Assembly: GCF_006345805.1 (NCBI RefSeq)
Contig: NC_043019.1
Location: 16,677,360 to 16,741,359, forward strand
Direction of reading: 5' to 3'
DNA: 64,000 nucleotides
Source of the DNA: Octopus sinensis
Lineage: Eukaryota
This document shows, piece after piece, positions 27,498 through 38,533 of this stretch; within the stretch, counting starts at the first letter, position 1; each line of letters begins with the position of its first letter. The translations under genes were made by a program, and so were the position numbers. The notes beneath the pieces are model-generated. The model saw only the letters and a program-made list of their open reading frames with translations. It was not told the origin of the DNA and did no database searches.

Positions 27498-27675
27498 TAA
27501 TAGCAAGATAGCCTTCTTGTACGGCACCAGAAGTTTCTGACTCAACTGCCTCTCGAAGACTATGACCAGCCAGTTCCTGATAAGCCTCAAACGTTGCTCT
27601 CAACTGGGGTAGGGTACGGGTGCACAAAATCGAATTGAAAGTGCATTCATCAGTGCCTAACTGTCCTTCTCCATC
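27498..27675 (-). CDS. Annexin exon 7 (repeat 3)
   Basis: polypyrimidine-aAG / A|GTAAGT; DGEGQLGTDECTFNSILCTRTLPQLRATFEAYQELAGHSLREAVESETSGAVQEGYLAI; 178 nt. Confidence 0.94.
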
Positions 27676-27930
27676 CTTAAAAAGAAAAAGAAAAAAAAAG
27701 GTAAAGAAAAAGAATTACAAATTCTTTTTTCCTTTTTAAATCAAATAAGTTTTCGAGAAGAGTTTTTTTTACAATTTAATTTAATTCCCGTCAGTGAATA
27801 TTGTTTGATTAAAACCTCCAAAAACAAGGAAACAATAGCGAAATGAAGCTTAGTAAAAAAAACAAAGAAAAGGCATATCTATTGATAATTAACATGCAAT
27901 TTTGATTAGAAAAATCCTTTGAACGCTCAC

Positions 27931-28079
27931 ATCAAAGAGTTTTTGAGCATCTTCAGCAGCCTTATCTGCATCGGGCCACCAATCATTATCTCTTGATGCA
28001 GTGCAAAGGGAAACCATCAAACGACGGAAATAACCACTTGTGTCCGAGGAGATGTCTTCTTCCATGGAAACCTCATACT
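27931..28079 (-). CDS. Annexin exon 6
   Basis: ttgtAG / GAT|GTGAGC; (E)YEVSMEEDISSDTSGYFRRLMVSLCTASRDNDWWPDADKAAEDAQKLFD; 149 nt. Confidence 0.95.
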
Positions 28080-28374
28080 CTACAAAATAATCAAGTTTTT
28101 TGAAAAATTAAATTATAGGAATTAATATGAACATTTTAAAAATTATTAATAGTTTTAATATTTACAACTACACATTTTCAGTAAAACAAATAAAAAAAAA
28201 TCACTGAAAATAATTGAAGCAGATGAATCATTAAATATTTGCAATTAATTAATGTAATTAATTAATTAATTAATGTACGAAATAGATTACAGAATTATTT
28301 TTTTTTAAACACAGTTTAATCAGATATTCATTGAATTTACAAATCTGGAAACAACACTTTAATTTACCAATTAT

Positions 28375-28600
28375 ATTTCTTTATTACCCACAGGGGGCTA
28401 AACAGAGGGGATAGACAAGGACAAAGGGATTATGAGAATTACATCAAACCCAGCGCACAACTGGTACTTATTTAATTGACCCCAAAAGGATGAAAGGCAA
28501 AGTCGACCTCAGCAGAATTTGAACTCAGAACATAACAGCAGATGAAATACCACTAAGCATTTCACCCGGCATGCTAATGATTTTGCCAGTTCGCCGCCTT
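28375..28600 (-). mobile_element. SINE family B (annexin intron)
   Basis: Head aaggcggcgaactggcaaaatcattagc; same core as 24090-24310. Confidence 0.85.
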
Positions 28601-28938
28601 TACCAATTAATAATTAAAATAATTAAGTAAAAAAAAAAAAGCACTTTGAATCGTTAAATATCCGACGCATTGGCCAAATGTACAAGACCTCTGGGGACAA
28701 ATTGTGAAACATTTAGAGTATAATTTGTCTTTCACAAAAACAAGATTGCTTTTTAAGAGATCATCAGTTGATGAAATTATTAAAACTTATTTTTAATTAG
28801 CAAAGTTAACTCTCAGGATCAGGTGATTCTTTTTTTTTTTCTATACAAAATCTAAAGAGAAGTTTCATATTCCCTTTGGGGAATTCTTTTTCTTTTTTTT
28901 TTCCGGTAGTTTCACTGAAATCAATCCAATATATTCAC

Positions 28939-29029
28939 CTTCTTCATATTTAGCTTTTATCTCTTCAATTTCTTCGTTTGTTCTGGTCACCAAAATCTCA
29001 ATAAGTGTGCTCTCATCTGTTCCCATACA
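28939..29029 (-). CDS. Annexin exon 5 (repeat 2)
   Basis: tttAG / G|GTGAAT; CMGTDESTLIEILVTRTNEEIEEIKAKYEE(E); 91 nt. Confidence 0.95.
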
Positions 29030-29164
29030 CTAAATAAAGGGGAAAAAACTGCACTGTTTAAATATATTTCAGATACAAACATTTCGACATCTAACCTTCA
29101 TTAAATACATCTTAAGATCAAAGTAACAAACACAATTTTACTTTCTGTTTTAATTTTATTTTCC

Positions 29165-29405
29165 TCAGGCTCTGGAACACATAAGCCTGGTTACTATGGT
29201 GAATATAAGTGACACTGGTCCACTGCAGGGTTCAAGGCTAGGGAAGGGGACAAGTTGATTACATGGACCCCAATATTTAATTGATACTTTATTTTATTGA
29301 CACTAAAGGGACAAAAAACAAAGTTGACTTCAGCAGGATTTGAACTCAGAACATAAAGGACCAGAAGAAATTACAGGATTTTGTCCAATGCTCCAATGAT
29401 TGTTG
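29165..29405 (-). mobile_element. Decayed SINE family B
   Basis: aaagttgacttcagcaggatttgaactcagaac core. Confidence 0.65.
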
Positions 29406-29487
29406 CCCTTTCAATCTTACTGGACCCCACTGAAATATCTTGATATCACGAGAATGAAATGGAACAGAAATAATGGTTAATACTTAC

Positions 29488-29601
29488 AGCTATGGCTCGA
29501 TGGATTTCATGAACATCGAACTCTCTGGGAGAATCAAATAAAGCTACGATCACGTCTTCCAAATTTCCAGACAGTTCGCTTTTCAGATCTTCGATTAAAT
29601 C
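29488..29601 (-). CDS. Annexin exon 4
   Basis: tatAG / GCT|GTAAGT; [38 protein letters not shown]; 114 nt. Confidence 0.95.
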
Positions 29602-30261
29602 CTATAATAAGAATATACAGAAGCCATCATCTCTCCATAAAAACTGGTGCAAAATTATATTAAAGACAGAGAAGAATATTAAAGATTATTAAAAAAATTT
29701 TACAGGCCTCCACCCCACAAATGCTTTCCTCCACACATTTAGAAAGAGAAAGATTTTACAAACCATCACGGTCATCATTATTTTAACAGCCACTTTTCTA
29801 TACTCTCATGGATCAGATGGAGTATGTTTGAGGCAGGTTTTCTTTGTCCAGATGCCCTTCCTGTTGCTAACCCTCACCTATTTCCAAGCTAGATGATATT
29901 TCTCCATGACCAGACAAGTTTTTGTTTTTTTTTATGGAAGACAGGAAATGAGCTACACAGCTTGTATGGCATTCATCTGCAACTTTCATACAATGTCAAG
30001 CCAAAAAGACAAACACATACACACACAAATATACACAACAGGCTTCTTTCAGTTTTCGTCCACCAAATCCATTCAGAAGACATTGGTTGGGCTAAGGCTA
30101 CAGTAGTAGACACTACCACAGAGTGGCACTGAACCCATTTTAGAAGTTCTAGGAATTTCCATTCTGAAATAAAAATGGTAATTTGAAAGACATTTACATT
30201 TCAAACAATTAACAGGATGTAAGTTTTCTGGAAATTCTTCATTTCATATAATGGAACATAC

Positions 30262-30356
30262 CTCTCCATATGATTGCTTGTATTGTGTTTTGATTTCTTG
30301 GCGCTGTTCACAATTATGAGTCACCAAAACCTCAATAATATCCTCTTCATTTGTTC
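30262..30356 (-). CDS. Annexin exon 3 (repeat 1)
   Basis: ttctAG / GAG|GTATG; (G)TNEEDIIEVLVTHNCEQRQEIKTQYKQSYGE; 95 nt. Confidence 0.95.
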
Positions 30357-31039
30357 CTAGAAAAGCAGAAAATATTTTGGTCAAATAAACACCTAAAATA
30401 AGATTCTTATCTTAGTTCATTCTTAAAAATTATTGATATTTCTTGGCTAAATATTATTCAAAAGTTTGTTCATTTGTCTTAGAACACATGTAGCCCCGTT
30501 TATTACTGGTCCATTTATCACTGATCCATTTATCACTGATCTGATATAAGACAATATGCTCAATTGCTAGCCATATTAAACTTATCACAGATTGATCAGT
30601 AATGACACAGGTTGGCAATCAGTCAAAAGATTGTACTTCAAAAATGTACCCCAGCAACTACCCAGAATGCACTGACAATCGCTCATGTTTACATGACCAT
30701 GCTTGGAGACTGCATATTTGTACCCATCAACATGGGACCAGTGAATAGGAAATATATGAAGGCACCTCATCCTAACAAATGATGCAGGTGAGTTTATTCT
30801 CTAAAGGAAAAGGTTGAGATTATCCAGAAATTATGTGATGGTGGAAGAGTTGCTGCGGTGAGTTTGGTGCCAAGGAATCTCCCATTCATTCCATTTCCAA
30901 AGTGCATGGAATGGAGTCCCATATTGTTGTGTTTTTTGGAGCCCTTCCCAATCCATGATAAACAATGATAGATCGATCATTACATATCCATTTCTTTCTC
31001 AGTGTGTACAGCCAACTTTTGTAGGGGTCACATCTAAAT

Positions 31040-31412
31040 TAACCCCCACTGCTCAACTGATACCAATTTTATTGTCTCTGTAAGGATGAAAGGTAAAGTC
31101 GACCTCAGTAGAATTTGAACTCAGAATCTAGAGAGCCAGAAGACATGCTGCCAAGCATTTTATCCAACACACTAACAACTGCCTGTTCATCACTTAATAA
31201 TGGTTTCAAATTTTACAAGGGCAGCAGCAGTTTTGGAAGAGAGGATGAGTCGATTACATCGACCCCAGTGTTCAACTGGTACTTAATTTATCAACCCCAA
31301 AAGGATGAAAGGTAAAGTCAACCTCAGTGGAATTTGAACTCAGAACGTAGTGATGTGTGAAATACCACTAAGCATTTCATCCAACGTGCTAACAATTCTG
31401 CCAGATTGCCAC
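31040..31412 (-). mobile_element. Two adjacent SINE family B copies
   Basis: Core ggatgaaaggtaaagtc.acctcagt.gaatttgaactcagaa occurs at ~31084 and ~31303. Confidence 0.75.
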
Positions 31413-31604
31413 CCAAGAAATAATAATTCCAATATACAGGATGAGGATTAAAGTCACATCAGCATACTGCCTCTGTTTTCAAAAAATTAGGAAAAAAATT
31501 AACTTCATTTGATTTCATCAATTATGTCTAACAATGATTTTGGTTTTAGAGTTGCTAAATTGATAAATAAACTCACCAGGAGATAAAAAAATAAACAAAA
31601 CGAT

Positions 31605-31685
31605 TAATATGGTAGTATTTTTTGACTTGGCCAAAGAATTTGACATGATGGATCATAAATTACTTTTAAAATTATAGAGATGAGC
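31605..31685 (+). mobile_element. Tiny LINE RT remnant
   Basis: VVFFDLAKEFDMMDHKLLLKL resembles the RT motif DLSKAFD.VDH..LL.KL. Confidence 0.55.
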
Positions 31686-31769
31686 AACATATGCTTCATT
31701 TGTTTTGCAAGTTACCCCTAGGAGAGAAGGTTCTGGATAAAATACAAAGATATATTTTCTAATTATGGA

Positions 31770-31945
31770 AGGAGCAGACATGGCTGTGTGGTTAAGAAGC
31801 TCCACAGTTTCAGGTTCAGTCCCAATGCACAGCATTCAGGGCAAGGGTCTTCTACTGCAGCCCTAATCAGCCACAGCTTTGTGAATGCATTTGGTAGATG
31901 GAAACTGAAAGAAGCCTGTCGTGTGTGTCCTTGTCTAGACATCAC
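31770..31945 (+). mobile_element. SINE family A, 5' module only
   Basis: ggagcagacatggctgtgtggttaag...ggaaactgaaagaagcc. Confidence 0.75.
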
Positions 31946-32019
31946 ATGACAATTGTAAATGAGCTTCGTCATCGTCAGACAAGCCAGGTTGTTGGTTTCC
32001 AATCTGGGTTAAACATGGC

Positions 32020-32246
32020 TTAACCCTTTTGTTACTGCATTTATTTTGAGATGCTCTGCGTTTCTTTCAATTAATTTAAAATATAACAAAGAATTTGGTA
32101 AATTAACTTAGTTATCATTCAGCTAGCACGAGGAACATAAATTATGTCTACAGGTTGGAAGATTTTAACTCAGAACTTTTGAAAGCAAAACATTTATACT
32201 ACAGAACCAGTGGCAGTTTCAGCCGGGTTGGTAATGAAAGGGTCAA
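32020..32246. mobile_element. piggyBac-type MITE
   Basis: TTAA|CCCTTTTGTTAC ... GTAATGAAAGGG|TCAA: short CCCTTT/AAAGGG TIRs with a TTAA-like target site. Confidence 0.7.
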
Positions 32247-32896
32247 ACAGAATTTGTTGAGGTAGATTGTCTACAGCTGGATGCCCTTCCTGTCACCAAC
32301 CCTCACCTGTTTCCAAGCAAGGTAATACTTCCCCATTTACAGAAGACTGGAAATAAAGGACACTGCTTGTTTGACAGTGACGCTCATTTACAGCAATCAC
32401 ATACTGGCAAAACCAGAAGATGCCAATGCACACACACACCATATGTATACAATGAACTTCATTCAGTTTCTCTTTCCCAATTCCACTCACAAGCCTTTGC
32501 TCACCCCACAATAATAATAAATAATAATAAAAACCAACCAAATCCTCAAAAATAGACTGATTTGAGTGAAATAAATGAAAGCTATCTAATTAGTCCAATC
32601 TGGAATAGTATCAATTCCCAAAGTCAATTAAGCCTTGTGATTGCATTTGGTCCAGGTGGAAATTCCAGTCATATGTAGACAGGTGGGTGAAAGTGCTTGT
32701 ACCTCCAAACAGAGAAGAGAAAAGTCATTGTTAAAAGACAAAGAAATCTTCTGTTACCAAATTCCTCCCTTTTCTCTTTATTATGTAATATGCAAATACA
32801 AACAAATAAAATGTCAATGGGAAAGGAATGAGAGTAGAACTGGAAAAGATGAAGAATACCATTAAAAGAAAAAAGTCCAGGGTTATGGGGTCAATG

Positions 32897-33167
32897 TCCT
32901 CTCACTATTTCCCTGTTCATCAGCGCAATTTTTTTTCATTATATTCGTTTACTACACATTATTTTACACCTATTGTCTTTTTTCAATTTTTGTGATGGGA
33001 GGTGGGTGGGATGTGGACTCGGATAATTCACACGATCCAGTAAACCCACTTTGACACTGGGTCTCAAAAATGTGGGGAAAAAAAGAGTGTAATAGGTGTA
33101 AAATAATGTGTAGTAATCAAATATGAAGAAAAAAATTGCGCCAATGAATAGGGAAGTGGTGAGAGAA
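32897..33167. repeat. Foldback/MITE with ~85-bp imperfect inverted repeats
   Basis: 32897-32985 is the reverse complement of ~33079-33167 (tttactacacattattttacacctatt / aataggtgtaaaataatgtgtagtaa). Confidence 0.85.
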
Positions 33168-33377
33168 TTTGGAACATTCCTGAAGTGAATTTTCCAAGTC
33201 GTCTCCCCCCACTCATCCGCCAGTGTGCACTTTCTTTTCACATTTGTTTACTACAGGTTGTTTTACACCTATTGCACTATTTTAAAAAAAATAGTTTTGC
33301 TACGGTCAAACACTGGAGGTTATGGAACAGTCTAAGAGTATAAGCAACCAGAGTTGTTATCAATTCCTGAAATTCTA

Positions 33378-33876
33378 CAGAGTGGTGCAAAAGTAGGTTA
33401 ACAGTTTTATTTTTAATGGTGACACCTTGACATTTTGCACAAGGAGGTGCCGCCTGTAATGCAGGATGTGCCCAACTTTGGACAGGGCACCACTACATTA
33501 TGCAATTCATGTGCGTAATTTCCTCAATGAAACGTTTCCAGGGAAGTGGATTGGGTGACATAGGAGTATTGAATTGCCCCCAATCCCAGACCTAACACAC
33601 ATGGATTTTTTTTCTCTGAGGTGTTGTGAAAGAGAAGGTAGTCCAGAGAAAAGCATACACTCTGCCTCAAGTATAGGGGTTCATTACAGGGGCCTGTCTG
33701 GAAATCAACTCTGACCTGGACCTGTGTCATCGCCAGTCAAAGTGCGGTTGGTAGACTCCAAGAATACGACAATGTTCAGGGTAGACATTTTGAGCATTTG
33801 CAGAATGAACATTGTACAATGTTTTTTTAAATGGAAAAATAAAATATACAACTGTCAGCCTACTTTTGCACCTGTC
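33378..33876 (+). mobile_element. Tc1/mariner-superfamily internal-deletion derivative
   Basis: TA|CAGAGTGGTGCAAAAGTAGGTTAACAGTT ... AACTGTCAGCCTACTTTTGCACC TIRs; internal APLHYAIHVRNFLNETFPGKWIG*...PDLTHMDFF, a decayed DDD-domain C-terminal part. Confidence 0.85.
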
Positions 33877-33973
33877 TATTTCAAAAGTAATTGAAGCTTA
33901 CAAAAATTGTTGATTCTGTTCTGTATTCATTCTTCATGCAAAGCTCAGTTGCTTCCAGACTGTTGGACGTTGT

Positions 33974-34228
33974 TATACATCACTGATCACAATGTGCTTT
34001 ACATCATTTTAGCTTTCAAATGAAGCCATCCCATTGGCTAGTTGAGCAGGTGAACATCCCTTCTGATTGGATGGCTAGTTTGTCACATGATTATCCATTT
34101 ACAACTGAGCAGACTGGGGCAATGTGAAAGGAAGGTTTGGCTCAAGAACACAATATGAAGCTGGTCTGGGAATTGAACCCACAACATCATGATCATGAGT
34201 ACAGCACACCTAACCACAAGGCCATGCA
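33974..34228 (-). mobile_element. SINE family C-like copy
   Basis: Head ggccttgtggttagg...gggttcaattccc; near-identical partial copy at 37074-37297. Confidence 0.75.
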
Positions 34229-34489
34229 AAAATAGCACTCGAATTATTAAATAGCATTTTAATGAAATCAATAACTAAGCTAAAACCTTTCATGGTTTAA
34301 GACTGTTTCTTTTTTTGCCTTATAAAAAGATTACTAAGCTATCTCTGTATCATAGTTAATGCAAATATACACCGTTAATAGGCCAGTCACTGCAGTATTT
34401 ATCCCAAGATAACATCTCTTATAGGCTTTCTTTTTTTTAACAAAGCATATCCATAAGAGATTAACTCAGGAAGAATACTGCAGCATCAA

Positions 34490-34526
<37 letters not shown>

Positions 34527-34971
34527 GACACTTAGATGGCTATTTAAATTTAATACCATCTTAATTGGATATACCAGATTACTAAGTAAATATTTTTTTT
34601 AAAAACCACACAAACAATAAACAAAAAAGCAAATTAAATAAAAATTATGAAAGTAAATTTTTTTTTTAAATAGTTTAAAGTAAATATTGCATTTAAAATG
34701 CAATGCATTAATGAAACTCACCAGACAGTAATTAATTTTTTAAAAATAATAATTAGAAAGTCTTTGATAATAATCAGTTTTTTAAATAAAATATGGTAAA
34801 GTATTTCAACAGAACCATGCCAGAAGACAAACCATTAAGGTTCCAATTAGCATCTTCATCATGAAAATAATGTTTTAAATATTTCCAACATTGAAATGTG
34901 GATGAGGAATTTGGGGAGGAAAATGTAAAAATATGATTGGTTGAAAGATTTTGTTAAAGGAAACTCCTTAC

Positions 34972-35050
34972 CTAATCCATCCATGGCATTCTTGAGTTTT
35001 TCACAAGCTTCCTCACAGTTGAAGTCACAACGTCCTGAAACTGTTGCCTG
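34972..35050 (-). CDS. Annexin exon 2
   Basis: tttctttAG acceptor (TAG/CAG NAGNAG), G|GTAAGG donor; QATVSGRCDFNCEEACEKLKNAMDGL(G). Confidence 0.9.
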
Positions 35051-35160
35051 CTAAAGAAAAAAAATGAAATAATTAGCCAAGAGTAATGCAACATCAATTT
35101 GGAATCTTAGAAATTGTTTCTGTTGGCAAAAATTCCTCACATTTGATTCTTCAGATTAAT

Positions 35161-35410
35161 TCATCATCATAGTTTAACGTCTGTTTTCCATGCTGGCATG
35201 GGTTGGACAGTTTGACTGGGGACTAGCAAGCCAGAAGGCTGCACCAGGCCCAGTCTGATCTGGCAAGGTTTCTACAGCTGGATGCCCTTCCCAACACCAA
35301 TCCCTTTGAGGGTGTAGTGGGTGCTTTTCACATGCCACTGGCACAGCAGCCAATCAGGTGGCATTGGCATCAGCCATATTCAGATGGTGCTTTTTACATG
35401 CTACCAGCAT
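35161..35410 (-). mobile_element. RTE 3'UTR fragment
   Basis: (CAT)n followed by gtttaacgtctgttttccatgctggcatggg..., as in other copies. Confidence 0.8.
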
Positions 35411-36356
35411 TTTACAGCAATACGTGAATGTAATTAAGAAACATGGAATGTAATCGTTGAGAAAAGCAGTTAGAAACTGAAAGCCATCAATGATTCGATC
35501 TCCATTCAAAAACTGTTTCAATATTGATTCCAAGGAGGAAATCCAATCAAACATCGCAGACTCACCCCACCTCCAGAGACAACTAAACCACCCCAACGGC
35601 AACAGGAAAAGCTAATTTTCTTCAAAAGCACAAATAATTAAGACACATAGAAATAGACTTTGTAATATATCACCACCGAATGTGGAAATCTTCCGGAATT
35701 GCCAGCACACCAGACAAAACGGTTAGCAGCATTTCTTCCACCTTAACATTCTGAGTTCAAATCCCATTGAGGTCAACTTTGCCTTTCCATCCTTTCTGGA
35801 TCAATAAAATAAGTACCAGTTGTGTACTGGGATCAATATAATCAACTTATCTGCTCCCATGAAATTGCTGGCCTTGTGCAATAATTTGAAACCAATATAA
35901 CGCTACTGAACCAGAACGACAAATGCCTCAAAGACAGAAGAAATCTCTCAGCACCTCAGAATCTCTGATGGGTTCTCATGTATAGAATTGCCAAAACTGC
36001 ATCACAAGACAATAGATGTCTTCTTCAAAGCCAGAAACTACTTCAGGTTCACTAAATATAGTTTCTTCTCTTCCCCCCATCACTACCACAATAGCTTCTA
36101 CTTTCCCATATGTGGCAATCACCTCTGCTCCTACTTCTACCAAGCCTATACATGACCCCTCTTCTTCTAGCAGGTCCATGTGCTGCAATCCCCTCTGCTC
36201 TTCTTGTTATTCCTATTTTCCTCGAGACCCAACATAACAACACCCACCCTCTACAGGTTCAGATTGACCTCACCAGCCTCAGAAAGCTTGCAAGAAATCA
36301 TGAGGCCTGCCCCCACCCAGCCACACACACCTCACTTAAACTATTATTTTGTTTAT

Positions 36357-36759
36357 GCTCTCTTTACTCTTTTACTCGTTTCAGTCATTTGACTGCGGCC
36401 ATGCTGGAGCACGGCCTTTAGTCGAGCAAATCGACCCCGGGACTTATTCTTTGTAAGCCCAGTACTTATTCTATCGGTCTCTTTTGCTGAACCGCTAAGT
36501 GGCTGGGATGTAAACACACCAGCATCGGTTGTCAAGCAATGCTAGGGGGACAAACACAGGCACACAAACATATACACACACATATATATACATATATTCA
36601 TATATACGACAGGCTTCTTTCAGTTTCCATCTACCAAATCCACTCACAAGGCATTGGTCGGCCCAGGGCTATAGCAGAAGACACTTGCCCAAGGTGCCAC
36701 GTAGTGGGACTGAACCCAGAACCATGTGGTTGGTTAGCAAGCTACTTACCACACAGCCA
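36357..36759 (-). mobile_element. SINE family A, young copy
   Basis: Nearly identical to 53392-53800 and 56887-57287. Confidence 0.92.
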
Positions 36760-37298
36760 ATATATTTTTTTTCAAAAATTAGGAGCCAACAAAGGAATTC
36801 ACCAACATTACCAAGAATTACAAGTAAACACGGTGCTAATAACTATTATAGTTATCATTTATGGTTTCTTTTCATCAGAACTTAATTTCAGTTGCCTTAG
36901 TATCAGGCATCCTCCAGGGGCCAACAGTAGCAAAGACATTTTAGTCTTGCTAGGCTGGCTAAAATTACCACCACATTTATTCCGTTTTAGATGGAGAGTG
37001 CTTTCCATAGTATATGGGCTTTTCCAAGAATCTTCAGTTTGCTGCTAGAGAGGAGCTGTTTTCACAATAATGGTATACATCACTGATCACAACGTGCTTT
37101 GCATCATTTTAGCTTTCAAATGAAGCCATCCCATTGGCTAGTTGAGCAGGTGAACATCCCTTCTGATTGGATGGCTAGTTTGTCACATGATTATCCATTT
37201 ACAACTGAGTGGACTGGGGCAATGTGAAAGGAAGGTTTGGCTCAAGAACACAATGTGAAGCTGGTCTGGGAATTGAACCCACAACATCATGATCATGT

Positions 37299-38385
37299 AG
37301 AATTCTTTTGTATTCTCCCAGAATAATATGCTTTGCCTATGGAATGCTGAGCAGTTTTTGTCTCTTGCCACTCGTTTGGTTTTAATTGTAGTTTTGGTTT
37401 GGAGATTTCAATCTGTGAATCCTTTGTTTTCTTGTAAAGGTCAGGTTCAACAGTTTTTCTTATTAGTTTGTTGGGTTTATGAGTTTCCCCTTTGCTTGTT
37501 TCAAGTAGAAAAGCCATATCAGTTCTTAGTTGCATTATCAGCCAGTTTATTCTGTCCATCCATGCAGGCTGTTTGTGTACATTGCACCTTCTTTTTTTTT
37601 TGCCTGTCCCTAATTTTAATACCACAGTTCTGAGTTGCAACAGAAGCAACTGAGTAAAAGAGTTGCCCAATCACTTTGAGCGCATTTTCTCTACTATTCT
37701 CAAGGAGTTGTCGTATCAGCTTTCCAAGTGTTTGATCAACTTCTTTGATTACTTGTCTCTTCTTAGTATTAAAGATTTTGTGAAGTGGGGCTCTTTCATG
37801 GAAAGGTTGATGTACTTGTATAAGATATTGTTCCATTTAACAATTCATTGCTGATGCGACCATTTATAGTATTTTTAGTCTCAACTGATGGTCCACCTTC
37901 ATAGGGTTCTGTGTACCCAGTTTGCTGGTTTCAGTTAGTGATTTCAGGGTTCTTTTGCCTGTGGGTATAGGTGAGCGTGTGTTATACTGAGCTGACTTTT
38001 GACTGATCTGACTATTTTGTCAATTTCGCTGTCAGTCTTTTATCTTTTAGGATATCACGTCTTGCACCTCCTACTTTATTACTGTAGGCCTCGATTTGTG
38101 GGGTTGATGTTTCTGGGTTTAGTGTTGAATAATAATAATAAGCATGCATAACTTCGATATATTCCTTCTGAGTCCATTTCTGTCTTGTATTTTTATTTTT
38201 TTTAAATAGATTTGGTAGTTGATCCTGAGCGTCAGTTTTGGGAATATCCCTGGTTTGATTTGCTACAGGTTCTTGAGGAGGTTGGTCCTGATTTAAAGAC
38301 TTTTCGAGCTCAGTATCAGAACCTAAGGTCACTGATGAACATGTTCTTTGAACAACATGAGTTCTAGGGGGTATTTCCATGGTTG
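37299..38385 (-). mobile_element. R4/Dong-clade LINE, 5' ORF portion, decayed
   Basis: RQKWTQKEYIEVMHAYY, KQPAWMDRINWLIMQLRTD and ENTKEFY resemble the R4/Dong N-terminal R.KWT.EE...VM.CY and P.WK.RI...I..LR.D motifs. Confidence 0.65.
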
Positions 38386-38533
38386 GTATCCAGGGCCATG
38401 CTCTAAGTGCCCAGGGTTGACTTGGCCATTGAACCTTTTGGGGTTCATAAAATAAGTACTATTTGAGCACTGGAGTCAGTGTAGTTAACTTACCCAACCC
38501 TTAAAATTGCTGGCCTTGTATTACTATTTGAAC

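Noticed and set aside
34700-34740. Strong minus-strand donor CTG|GTGAGT in annexin intron 2 (also at ~31575)
   Set aside because: No upstream acceptor or open frame that would form a cassette exon
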